In this document: positions 55,515-62,160 of the stretch, piece after piece | Layout: the number at the start of each line of letters is the position of its first letter | Position numbering within the stretch: position 1 is the first letter of the stretch | Source: Octopus sinensis | Taxonomy: Eukaryota | DNA: 64,000 nt | Direction of reading: 5' to 3' | Assembly (NCBI RefSeq): GCF_006345805.1 | Contig: NC_042999.1 | Span: forward strand, 5,642,001-5,706,000 | Program-made: the position numbers and the translations under genes | The notes under the pieces: model-generated | The model's input: the letters and a program-made list of their open reading frames with translations, nothing else | Database searches by the model: none | What the model was told of the DNA's origin: nothing

Positions 55515-56576
55515 TAATAAATATTAGGGAATGTCTCAAAGATGTGCTGAAATAAGACATGAAACGATCGTAGTGGTTATTTATAATTGTTAAATTTCTA
55601 AATTTATATAAATTATTTTATGTATTGGCTTAAGTCTTTCTTTGTTTGATTTGCATAATAGTGGTTTTGTCTCTAATTTAATATTATACATATATCATCA
55701 TCATCATCATCATCATCGTTTAACGTCCGTTCTCCATGCTAGCATGGGTTGGACGGTTCGACCGGGGATCTGGGAAGCCAGAAGGCTGCACCAGGCTCCA
55801 GTCTTATCTGGCAGTGTTTCTACAGCTGGATGCCCTTCCTAACGCCAACCACTCCGTGAGTGTAGTGGGTGCTTTTTACGTGCCACCTGCACAGGTGCCA
55901 GGCGAGGCTGGCAACGGCCACGGTCGGATTGGTGTATTTTATGTGCCACCGGCACGGAAGCCAGACGAGGCGGTGCTGGCATCGGCCACGAGTCGGATGG
56001 TGCTTTTTACGTACCACCAGACCAGGGATCCTGGCTGGTTCAATTCAATTTCGATTTCGCTTGCCCCAACATGTCTTCGCAAGCAAGGGGGTTGGCATGG
56101 GTGCCTGTTGTACGGTCAGATTGGTGTATTTTACGTGCCACCGGCACGGAAGCCAGTGGAGGCGGCGCTGGCATCGGCCACGAGTCGGATAGTGCTTTTT
56201 ACGTACCACCAGACCAGGGAACCTGGCTGGTTCAATTCGATTTGATTTCGCTTGCCCCAACATGTCTTCGCAAGCAAGGGGGTTGGCATGGGTGCCTGTC
56301 GTACGGTCAGATTGGTGTATTTTACGTGCCACCAGCACAGAAGCCAGTGGAGGCGGCGCTGGCATCGGCCACGAGTCGGATAGTGCTTTTTACGTACCAC
56401 CAGACCAGGGATCCTGGCTGGTTCAATTCGATTTTGACTTCGATTTCGATTTCGCTTGCCCCAACATGTCTTCGCAAGCAAAGGGGGGTTGGCATGGGTG
56501 CCTGTCGTCGGATGAGGTTCTATATCGACTTCGCTTGCCTCAACAGGTCTTTGTGTCCAAGGGAGGAAAGGCATTC

Positions 56577-56609
<33 letters not shown>

Positions 56610-59600
56610 TACATATATACGACGGGCTTCTTTCAGTTTCCGTCTACCAAATCCACGCACAAGGCATTGGTCGGCCCGAGGCTATAGTAGAAGACACTTG
56701 CCCAAGGTGTCACGCAGTGGGACTGAACCCAACCCGGAACCATGTGGTTGGTAAACAAGCTACTTACCACACAACCACTCCTACGCCTGTTGTTTTTTTG
56801 TCTGTCTTTTTTTGCCAGAAAAATGACATAATTGTTTATTCTCTGCTTTTGTGTAAATACATTGAAAAAAACAAGTGTGTATAATTTTTGACTCTCCCTC
56901 ATATGTATGTATGTGTCCACGCATGCATCTTTGTATCTGGATATGAGTCCTTCTTTCTATATAGTCTCTTTCCTTTTCAATGCACTTGGTCCAGTGGTCC
57001 ACAACCATGCATATTCCCTCCAAGAAGAAGGTTTCTGGTTGGTCATGCAGCCATTTATGCACTGCTTCCTTCACATCATCCGTAGGAAATCAATGACCTC
57101 ATAAACCATCTTTGAGTGGTCCGAAGATATGATAGTCAGAAGGAGCAAGAGAAGGGTGTTCCAGCACCTCAAAACCCAATTGGTTAATGGTTTTAACGGT
57201 CTGGGTGGCCATATGTGGGTGTGCATTGTCATGCATCAACAAAACTTTCTTCGACAATAGGCTTCGGTGCTTGGTGCGAAACAGCTGTAGTTAAAAAAAA
57301 AAAACTGAGCATTCTCTCCTTAGCATTCTGTATTATTTCTGCTCTGTGTAAATGTAAATTTATTTGTCTCTATACATATGTACCTGTTTATGCTTATACA
57401 GGTGTTTATCATCTGAATATACTTAGTTGTTTGTATGCAGTAATCCCTCACCATATCGTGGTTCACCTATTACAGTTTATTACTTAAGCTTACGCCGATT
57501 CCTCGGTGGTGTTTTGCGTTTATAATGAAATAAATATTTCATCATCATCATCGTTTTCCGCGCTAGCACGGGTTGGATGGTTCGACCAAGGTCTGGGAAG
57601 CCAGGGGCTGCACCAGGCTCCAGTCTGATCTGGCAGTGTTTCTACAGCTGGATGCCCTTCCTAATGCCAATCACTCCGAGAGTGTAGTGGTGCTTTTTAC
57701 GTGCCACCGGCACAGAAGCCAGTCGAGGCGACGCTGGCAACGGCCACGTTCGGATGGTGCTTTTTATGTGCCACCGGCACAGGTATCACAACTATTTCCA
57801 TTGATATTTGTTTCGATGTTCATGTACATGCACTTGACTCAACAGGTCTCCTCAAGCACAGCGAGATGTTCTGGGATCCAAGGTACTTTGAATGGGCAGG
57901 GGCTATGCGGGACTGGTGCCGGAAGCATCCAGGGTCTTTGCAGTCACAGCACATCTCCAGAGATCTCAGTCCTTCATATATATATATATTATAAAAATAA
58001 TTTTTAAAAAATGTACAGTACTTAAGCACTACACTATATGCCCATGAGCATATAGTGTAGTGGTTAAGAGTGCAGGCTACTAACCCCAAGATTCTGGGTT
58101 CAATCCCAGTCACTGACTTGAATAAATAATACTAACATCAGCAAAAAATACCTTAGGAATGAGAACAGAGAACCCCAGTAAGTGTTTGGCTTTGAAATTC
58201 CACCAGGACACCTGATGAAGGCTGGAGAGTACATCAGCCGAAATGTGGTGACAACAAACAAGGTGAGGACACCTATCCATCCAATGTAAATATTATATTT
58301 ACAGGAGTGGCTGTGTGGTAAGTAGCTTGCTTACCAGCCACATGGTTCTAGGTTCATTCCCACTGCATGGCACCTTGGGCAAGTGTCTTCTACTATAGCC
58401 TCGGGCCGACCAAAGCCTTGTGAGTGGATTTGGTAGACGGAAACTGAAAGAAGCCTGTCATATATATGTATGTGTGTGTCTGTGTTTGTCCCCTCCAACA
58501 TCGCTTGACAACCGATGCTGGTGTGTTTACGTCCCCGTAACTCACAAAAAAACAAATGACTGAAACAAGTAGAAGAGAGTACTGTTTCTACTTTGCAGAT
58601 TTTCACCTATCGCCAGGAGATTTTGGAATGTAACACCGGCGATAGTCAAGGGATTACTGTATATTTATCTCTCTCTTTATATCATCATCATTGTTTAACG
58701 TCCTTTTCCATGCAGGCATGGGTTGGACGATTTGACTGAAGGCTGGCAAACCTGATGGCTGCACCAGGCTCCAATCTGATCTGGCCGAGTTTCTACAGCT
58801 GGATGTCCTTCCTAACGCCAACCACTCCGAGAGTGTAGTGGGTGCTTTTACATGCCATCAGCATAGGAGCCAGTCAGGGGGTACTGGCATCGACCATGCT
58901 TGAATGGCACTATTTACATGCCACCAGCATGGGACCAGTCAGGTGGTACTGGCATTGACCATGCTTGCATGGTGCTTTTTACGTACCATGGGCATGGGGC
59001 CAGTCAGGTGGCACTGGCATCGATCACGCTCGAATAGTGCTTTTTACATGCTATATATACATCATCATCATCATCATCGTTTAGCGTCCGCTTTCCATGT
59101 TGGCATGGGTGGATGGTGGAACTGGGGTCTGGGAAGCCAGAAGGCTGCACCAGGCCCAGTCTGATCTGGCAGTGTTTCTACGGCTGGATGCCCTTCCTAA
59201 CGCCAACCACTCTGTGAGTGTAGTGGGTGCTTTTTACGTGCCACCGGCATAGGTGCCAGACGAGGCTGGCAAACAGCCACGGTCGGATGGTGCTTTTTAC
59301 GTGCCACCGGCACGGAGGCCAGGTGAGGTTGGCAACGGCCACGATCAGACAGTGCTTTTTACGTGCCACCGGCGATCTATATATGTATATATTCTACACA
59401 CGTACTTTTCCCATTTGTCACAATAAAAAAAAGACATTGATGAAGAAGTAAACCAAGTGTAATTGCTGATATTGATCTGTCACATCAAGGAGGGTCAGAA
59501 CTGACCTTTTGCGAGTGCCGGTGCCATGTGAAAAGCACCCGGTCCTCTCTGTAAAGTGGTTAGCATTAGGAAGGCCATTCAGCTATTGAAACCATGCCAG

Positions 59601-60374
59601 AAAAGAACAATGGAGCTTGGTACAGTCCTGTAGCTTGCCACTGTTACAATAAAATAAGAAACAAGTCAGGGGTAGAGAGTGGGGGACATACCTTTCCCTA
59701 GGGCTCTAGTTGAATAGTCACAAGCCTGCATGTTGCTACTACTACTACTACTTCCATTAACCCCATCACCAACACCACCATTATGACCACCACCACCACT
59801 ACTACTACTGCTAAGGTGTTTTTATTAATATCTATTTCACAGAAAGAACTAATCAGGGAAGTTGAAATGGGTCCCTTCAAACACACCCTAGATGATGGAC
59901 TTGACATTCGTAAGGTAAGTGACTTTATACCATCTTGAGATGTTGGGGGCCCCTTACAATGTAAATGGGGTTAGCTGTATCCAATGCAAAGTTGTGCTTG
60001 CAAATCACAGAACTAGATAAATTCTATTATTTCGATACCTTCACAGGAACGTGGTAATATATTCTATTACGTAGAAACTGGTTTGAAATTGTCAATAATA
60101 ATAATAATAATTTCTTTTATTTTTTTGAAAATGATTTTTGTCAATAATAATAAAAACAATTTTAAATTCTTCCCTTTTCTGGGTTTTTTTTTTTTTTCAC
60201 AGGCTGCATTTGAATGTATGTACACCCTTCTGGATTCATGTTTGGATCGAATTGATATCTTTGAATTCCTTAATCATGTGGAAGATGGTTTAAAGGATCA
60301 CTATGATATCAAGATGTTAACCTACTTGATCCTTGTACGCTTGGCACATCTCTGCTCCAACACCGTTCTACAAA
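301..60374 (+). CDS. CAND1: CAND1 (cullin-associated NEDD8-dissociated protein 1), partial multi-exon gene, 29 coding exons in window
   Basis: Spliced translation runs [23 protein letters not shown] ... [18 protein letters not shown] ... [14 protein letters not shown] ... [39 protein letters not shown], collinear with CAND1 as I recall it. All introns GT-AG, phases compatible, exon sum 3292 nt. Start and stop codons not in window. Confidence 0.97.
440..640 (-). mobile_element. RTE-clade LINE 3' remnant
   Basis: Minus frame [26 protein letters not shown] resembles the RTE/BovB ORF2 C-terminus; followed by ccaacccatgc...ggaaaag...(gat)n tail. Confidence 0.6.
641..1473 (-). mobile_element. Degenerate Tc1-like transposon with nested LINE-tail insertion (1325-1405)
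   Basis: N-terminal HTH-like ORF 1073-1300 ([34 protein letters not shown]); [14 protein letters not shown] motif in 641-907; TIR-like end CAG..AAGTAAATAGACACCC next to TA at 1474-1475. Confidence 0.8.
3413..3525 (+). CDS. CAND1: CAND1 exon 2
   Basis: tttcag|T; [37 protein letters not shown]; G|gtaagt. Confidence 0.95.
3534..3767 (+). repeat. Tandem duplication, 2 x 117 bp, directly after the exon 2 donor
   Basis: Units 3534-3650 and 3651-3767 differ at a few positions, two of them CpG transitions. Confidence 0.95.
3574..3617 (+). pseudogene. 3' half of tRNA-Trp with encoded CCA (second copy 3691-3734)
   Basis: CAGATCAGAAGGCTGCGTGTTCGAATCACGTCGGG(G)GTCA-CCA matches eukaryotic tRNA-Trp(CCA) from the anticodon loop to the 3' end (from memory); 5' half absent. 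Confidence 0.85.
3992..4212. mobile_element. piggyBac-type MITE family 1 (221 bp)
   Basis: TTAA|CCCTTTCGTTAC ... GTAACGAAAGGG|TTAA; other copies 26733-26953, 37660-37880 and one half at ~6451-6575. Confidence 0.9.
4515..4871 (+). mobile_element. Non-autonomous Helitron (357 bp)
   Basis: A|TC 5' end, subterminal hairpin ATGACCCGG-caatg-CTGGGTCAT, CTAG|T 3' end. Confidence 0.85.
4965..5482 (-). mobile_element. Internally deleted mariner element
   Basis: TA-flanked imperfect TIRs; remnants [18 protein letters not shown] (first D region) and GDYFEG C-terminus on minus strand. Confidence 0.8.
5988..6130. repeat. Imperfect inverted repeat / foldback MITE-like hairpin
   Basis: ~57-bp arms ataattaagggcacttgaatgcca...gtcaaatgt versus acatttgac...tggcattccagcacccttaattat. 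Confidence 0.85.
6647..6747 (+). CDS. CAND1: CAND1 exon 3
   Basis: tttcag|GA; [33 protein letters not shown]; AAA|gtaagt. Confidence 0.95.
7010..7400. mobile_element. Divergent inverted pair of hammerhead-bearing repeat fragments (Penelope-like)
   Basis: 7081-7190 (-) and 7243-7350 (+) are inverted homologues; each has a degenerate CUGANGA-A-GGCUG..CAGCC-GAAA motif. Confidence 0.65.
8006..8069 (+). CDS. CAND1: CAND1 exon 4
   Basis: ttgcag|GAA; [21 protein letters not shown]; G|gtaata. Confidence 0.93.
8934..9692. mobile_element. Mariner-derived MITE with nested LINE 3' UTR insertion (~9107-9605)
   Basis: TA|TTGGGTTGGTGCATAATTATTGC ... GCAATAATTATGCACTAACCCAA|TA; remnant [11 protein letters not shown] on minus strand. 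Confidence 0.85.
9806..9904 (+). CDS. CAND1: CAND1 exon 5
   Basis: tttcag|GT; [32 protein letters not shown]; G|gtgaat. Confidence 0.95.
10096..10222 (+). CDS. CAND1: CAND1 exon 6
   Basis: cattag|GC; [41 protein letters not shown]; AG|gtaata. Confidence 0.95.
11021..11389 (-). mobile_element. tRNA-derived SINE family A (about 18 copies in window)
   Basis: Head GGCTGTGTGGTAAG...GGTTCAGTCCC (A/B boxes), CORE-like ttgggcaagt, central (TA)n(TG)n, tail aaacaagtaaaagag. Confidence 0.85.
11500..11662 (+). CDS. CAND1: CAND1 exon 7
   Basis: acgtag|C; [54 protein letters not shown]|gtaagt. Confidence 0.95.
12521..12850 (-). mobile_element. tRNA-headed SINE-like element with 3' hammerhead motif (family D, copy 1)
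   Basis: Head TGGCGTAGTGGTTAAG...GAGTTCGATTC, (TAA)n spacer, hammerhead-like 12620-12579, 5' hairpin 12766-12811. Confidence 0.8.
13611..13717 (+). CDS. CAND1: CAND1 exon 8
   Basis: gtttag|ATT; [35 protein letters not shown]; GA|gtaagt. Confidence 0.95.
13835..14629. mobile_element. pogo/Tigger-like MITE with nested SINE A and LINE tail
   Basis: TA|CAGTGATCCCT ... AGGGATTACTG|TA; homologues 17108-17719 and 57438-58659. Confidence 0.75.
15082..15301. repeat. Near-perfect palindrome, 109-bp arms, 2-nt spacer
   Basis: Arms 15082-15190 and 15193-15301; one mismatch; (CAT)8 and (AT)7 lengths equal in both arms. Confidence 0.95.
15300..16523 (-). mobile_element. Three head-to-tail SINE A copies
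   Basis: ~15300-15671, ~15687-16050, ~16093-16523, each with head and tail. Confidence 0.85.
17108..18100 (+). mobile_element. pogo-like MITE (17108-17719) containing SINE A (17213-17620), followed by another SINE A (17721-18100)
   Basis: CAGTAACCC...GGGATTACTG termini; SINE A head aggcacaggagtggctgtgtgg. Confidence 0.8.
19305..19914. mobile_element. piggyBac-type MITE family 2 interrupted by SINE A (~19329-19716)
   Basis: TTAA|CCCTTTAG ... CTAAAGGG|TTAA; uninterrupted copy 26068-26287; decayed copy ~33285-33770 interrupted by a LINE tail. Confidence 0.85.
20042..20196 (+). CDS. CAND1: CAND1 exon 9
   Basis: ttgtag|A; [51 protein letters not shown]; G|gtaaca. Confidence 0.95.
21081..21189 (+). 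CDS. CAND1: CAND1 exon 10
   Basis: attcag|AA; [35 protein letters not shown]; GG|gtgagt. Confidence 0.95.
21248..21655 (+). mobile_element. tRNA-derived SINE family C, dimeric form (Nin/Deu-like central domain)
   Basis: GAGTTCAAATTCC B-box and gcctttcatcctttcggggtcgataaattaagtaccag module, repeated twice; other copies ~23140-23325, 31255-31640 (-), 32660-32853 (-), 38680-38900, 48820-48960. Nin/Deu resemblance is from memory. Confidence 0.75.
22892..23077 (+). CDS. CAND1: CAND1 exon 11
   Basis: tttcag|T; [29 protein letters not shown]...LIPGILYSF; AG|gtaact. Confidence 0.95.
24283..24394 (+). CDS. CAND1: CAND1 exon 12
   Basis: attcag|T; [37 protein letters not shown]|gtgagt. Confidence 0.95.
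24981..25074 (+). CDS. CAND1: CAND1 exon 13
   Basis: ttgcag|CCA; [31 protein letters not shown]; G|gtgagt. Confidence 0.95.
25186..25303 (+). CDS. CAND1: CAND1 exon 14
   Basis: tttcag|AT; [38 protein letters not shown]; AT|gtaaga. Confidence 0.95.
26359..26490 (+). CDS. CAND1: CAND1 exon 15
   Basis: acccag|G; [43 protein letters not shown]; GG|gtaagt. Confidence 0.95.
27599..27990 (+). mobile_element. SINE A, full-length, little decayed
   Basis: Complete head-to-tail match to other family A copies. Confidence 0.85.
29369..29402 (+). CDS. CAND1: CAND1 exon 16 (34-nt mini-exon)
   Basis: tttcag|T; [11 protein letters not shown]; TTG|gtaagt; read-through hits a stop. Confidence 0.92.
29512..29611 (+). 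CDS. CAND1: CAND1 exon 17
   Basis: tttaag|GAA; [33 protein letters not shown]; G|gtaagt. Confidence 0.93.
29659..30070 (-). mobile_element. 5'-truncated RTE-like LINE family 2, copy 1
   Basis: [16 protein letters not shown]...[11 protein letters not shown]; same 3' end as 33792 copy. Confidence 0.85.
31834..31919 (+). CDS. CAND1: CAND1 exon 18
   Basis: cttcag|GT; [28 protein letters not shown]|gtaagt. Confidence 0.94.
32941..33141 (+). CDS. CAND1: CAND1 exon 19
   Basis: tttcag|CTG; [53 protein letters not shown]...RDLLL|gtaact. Confidence 0.95.
33792..34400 (-). mobile_element. 5'-truncated RTE-like LINE family 2, copy 2 (199-aa open RT C-terminal ORF)
   Basis: ORF 33797-34396 with [26 protein letters not shown]; (ATG)n tail. 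Confidence 0.9.
35665..35739 (+). CDS. CAND1: CAND1 exon 20
   Basis: ctgtag|ATG; [25 protein letters not shown]|gtaaaa. Confidence 0.92.
35832..35921 (+). CDS. CAND1: CAND1 exon 21
   Basis: ttccag|GCA; [30 protein letters not shown]|gtaagt. Confidence 0.94.
37148..37215 (+). CDS. CAND1: CAND1 exon 22
   Basis: tttcag|CAT; [22 protein letters not shown]; AT|gtaagt. Confidence 0.94.
38460..38665 (-). mobile_element. Hammerhead-bearing repeat family E, copy 1 (second copy ~40145-40320)
   Basis: Two homologous segments, each with CUGU(U/G)GA-A-GAGC-guag-GCUC-(G/A)AAA motif on the minus strand. Confidence 0.7.
39538..40070 (+). mobile_element. RTE-like LINE family 1 3' UTR remnant with VNTR (representative of ~45-50 copies)
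   Basis: ~55-60 bp GC-rich tandem units (gtgccggtggcacgtaaaaagcacc...), then ggttggcgttaggaagggcatccag...aacccatgctagcatggaaagcggacgttaaac(gat)n. Confidence 0.85.
40336..40544. repeat. Near-perfect palindrome, 100-bp arms, 9-nt spacer
   Basis: Arms 40336-40435 and 40445-40544; 3 mismatches. Confidence 0.95.
41295..41521. mobile_element. TA-flanked MITE-like element with 37-bp terminal inverted repeats
   Basis: GGTAAAATAGAAGTTGAAAATGCACTTAGAATAGTTA ... TAACTATTCTCAGTGCATTTTCAACTTTTATTTTACC (2 mismatches). Confidence 0.75.
41882..42583 (+). mobile_element. Non-autonomous Helitron-like element (~700 bp)
   Basis: A|TC-TTTATATATATAAAA start, GACCCG-gcaacga-CGGGTC hairpin, CAAG|T end (CTAG decayed). 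Confidence 0.7.
42865..43930 (-). mobile_element. RTE-like LINE family 1, ORF2 C-terminus plus 3' UTR
   Basis: Frameshifted WMCNVSV...[12 protein letters not shown]...[48 protein letters not shown] joined to the VNTR and (gat)n tail. Confidence 0.85.
44113..45006 (-). mobile_element. Internally deleted mariner (DD34D) element, 894 bp
   Basis: TA|TTGGGTCATCCCATAA(G/A)TAATGC TIRs at both ends; [13 protein letters not shown]-terminus; HQDNSQLH and [16 protein letters not shown] motifs. Confidence 0.92.
45050..45445 (+). mobile_element. SINE A (further copies ~30211-30598, 46130-46512, 53135-53405, 58302-58580)
   Basis: Full head-to-tail match. Confidence 0.85.
46683..46838. repeat. Palindrome, 68-bp arms, ~20-nt spacer
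   Basis: Arms 46683-46750 and 46771-46838; one mismatch. Confidence 0.9.
47200..47370 (-). mobile_element. RTE-like LINE family 1 internal fragment
   Basis: FICDGCT...[24 protein letters not shown]. Confidence 0.75.
47766..47860 (+). CDS. CAND1: CAND1 exon 23
   Basis: cttcag|A; [31 protein letters not shown]; G|gtcagt. Confidence 0.94.
48958..49035. repeat. (TTA)n microsatellite just upstream of exon 24
   Basis: Direct reading. Confidence 0.95.
49064..49167 (+). CDS. CAND1: CAND1 exon 24
   Basis: tttcag|GT; [34 protein letters not shown]|gtaagt. Confidence 0.95.
49595..50240 (-). mobile_element. RTE-like LINE family 1, long 3' UTR variant
   Basis: [18 protein letters not shown]2 end, then extra ~110-nt block, VNTR and tail. 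Confidence 0.8.
50491..50558 (+). CDS. CAND1: CAND1 exon 25
   Basis: ttttag|ATA; [22 protein letters not shown]; TG|gtatgt. Confidence 0.94.
51810..52108 (-). mobile_element. 5'-truncated RTE-like LINE family 2, copy 3
   Basis: About 7 differences in ~290 nt versus the 33792 copy. Confidence 0.9.
53858..54047 (+). CDS. CAND1: CAND1 exon 26
   Basis: caacag|G; [30 protein letters not shown]...[15 protein letters not shown]|gtaaaa. Confidence 0.96.
54137..54550 (+). mobile_element. SINE with family A head and RTE-type 3' tail
   Basis: A-type head/CORE then different body ending ...ccaacccatgcaag...atgatg; relatives ~7710-7840, 28270-28650, 61020-61160. Confidence 0.65.
54903..55091 (+). CDS. 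CAND1: CAND1 exon 27
   Basis: ttttag|CCA; [50 protein letters not shown]...ETKVR|gtaagt. Confidence 0.96.
55237..56788 (-). mobile_element. SINE A split by nested insertions (55510-55690 repeat; 55695-56575 LINE 3' UTR)
   Basis: 3' half 55237-55445 and 5' half ~56600-56788 flank the inserts at the central (TA)n. Confidence 0.8.
56817..57285 (-). mobile_element. Mariner C-terminal fragment with inverted 3' end
   Basis: [28 protein letters not shown]...EKERDYIE on minus; EK* plus TIR on plus at 56817-56903. Confidence 0.8.
58021..58297 (+). mobile_element. tRNA-headed SINE-like element with 3' hammerhead motif (family D, copy 2)
   Basis: 5' hairpin 58021-58068, A box TAGTGTAGTGG, B box GGTTCAATCC, hammerhead-like 58207-58252. 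Confidence 0.8.
59843..59914 (+). CDS. CAND1: CAND1 exon 28
   Basis: tcacag|AAA; [24 protein letters not shown]|gtaagt. Confidence 0.96.
60203..60374 (+). CDS. CAND1: CAND1 exon 29 (gene continues beyond window)
   Basis: tcacag|GCT; [57 protein letters not shown]; A|gtaata. Confidence 0.95.
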
Positions 60375-61597
60375 GTAATATAGCGTTTTATTATTGTTAT
60401 TATTTGTATTATTATTATTATCAGTTTGCTGTGTAAATAATTTTTTTCTTAAATTCTCATTAGTAAAGAAGCCACAAATGTGTGAATATTTAAATTCTGC
60501 AATTCACATTGAAAAAAATGCACTGACCTCCAAACAGCGTAGTTTGTTGACAATTGCCTGTCATCATCATCATCATTTAGCGTCCGCTTTCCATGCTGGC
60601 ATGGTTTGGACGGTTCAACTGGGGTCTGGGAAGCCAGAAGGCTGCACCAGGCCCAGTCTGATCTGGCAGTGTTTCTACGGCTGGATGCCCTTCCTAACGC
60701 CAACCACTCCGTGAGTGTAGTGGGTGCTTTTTACATGCCACCGGCATGGAGGCAAGCAGGGCGGCGCTGGCAACGGACACGGTCGGGTGGTGCTTTTTAC
60801 GTGCCACCGGCACAGGGGCCAGTCGGGGCGGCGCTGGCCACAGCCACTATCGGATGGTACGCTTACGTGTCACCGGCACTGGTATCGCAGCTGCAATTTC
60901 CATTGATGTTGATCGACTTCGATTTTGGTTCTGATTTCTGATTTGATTTGATTTGATTTGATTTTGATTTCCGATTTCCTGTCAACAAATTGCAAATTCT
61001 GTGTTTTCAAAGAAAAGTGAAATCCGGAAAGTACCTTACATGAAAAATAGGTAAGGGTTTGTGACAGAAAGGGCATCCAGTAGTAAAGCAGCATCTCAAT
61101 AATATGTATTCATCCAACCCATGCTGGTATGGGAAAATAGACATAAAATGAACTGATGATTGCTGTGTGTTATCAATTAGTGAAATACAATTTTTGTTGT
61201 TTTATTCTTGTAAAATCTGTCAACGTTTATTAAAATATTTCTTTAATGAGGGAGGCATTTGTGGGGTTCTGTCGATCAATAGATTAAAAGTTGTTGGTGT
61301 CAAACACCTTCAACTTAAAATAAAGGGTTTTTCTTGCTTTTTTTTTTTTTTTTTTTTTTATAGATATTTGATGAAAATGTTAAGTGGGAGTTGTCTTGAA
61401 TTGTGCTTTTATTAAATATCACTGGTTTAATGGCTGAGAGGTTGGCATTTGAAAAAGGGGTTTCAACAGAAAATAGTGTAATAATTTATTTTTTTAATAT
61501 TGAATTTACAGAATCATGAAAATGGAATCGAGACTATGGAAAGCAATAATCAGGGTCCACCTCCTCACATTAAACATTACTGTTATATGCAAGTTAA

Positions 61598-61599
61598 AC

Positions 61600-61631
<32 letters not shown>

Positions 61632-61664
61632 CATACATATACATATATATACATGTATATATAT

Positions 61665-61698
<34 letters not shown>

Positions 61699-61713
61699 GT
61701 ATATATATGTATG

Positions 61714-61784
<71 letters not shown>

Positions 61785-61785
61785 G

Positions 61786-61818
<33 letters not shown>

Positions 61819-61914
61819 GTATATATATGTATGTATGTATATATATGTATGTATGTGTATGTATGTATATGTATGTATGTATATATATGTATGTATGTAT
61901 ATATATATGTATGT

Positions 61915-61948
<34 letters not shown>

Positions 61949-62059
61949 GTATATATATGTATGTATGTATATATATGTATATATGTATGTATGTAGATGT
62001 ATGTATGTATGTATGTATATATATGTATGTATGTATGTATATATATGTATATATGTATG

Positions 62060-62095
<36 letters not shown>

Positions 62096-62160
62096 TGCAT
62101 ATATATATATATACACATGCATATATATATATATACATGCATATATATATATATATAAAT
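61598..62160. repeat. Compound (TA)n/(TATG)n microsatellite
   Basis: Direct reading; source of the spurious YI/CM-rich ORFs. Confidence 0.97.

Noticed and set aside
55736-56754. 107-227 aa ORFs on both strands
   Set aside because: They arise from the GC-rich VNTR of the LINE 3' UTR; the same peptides recur wherever the repeat occurs.
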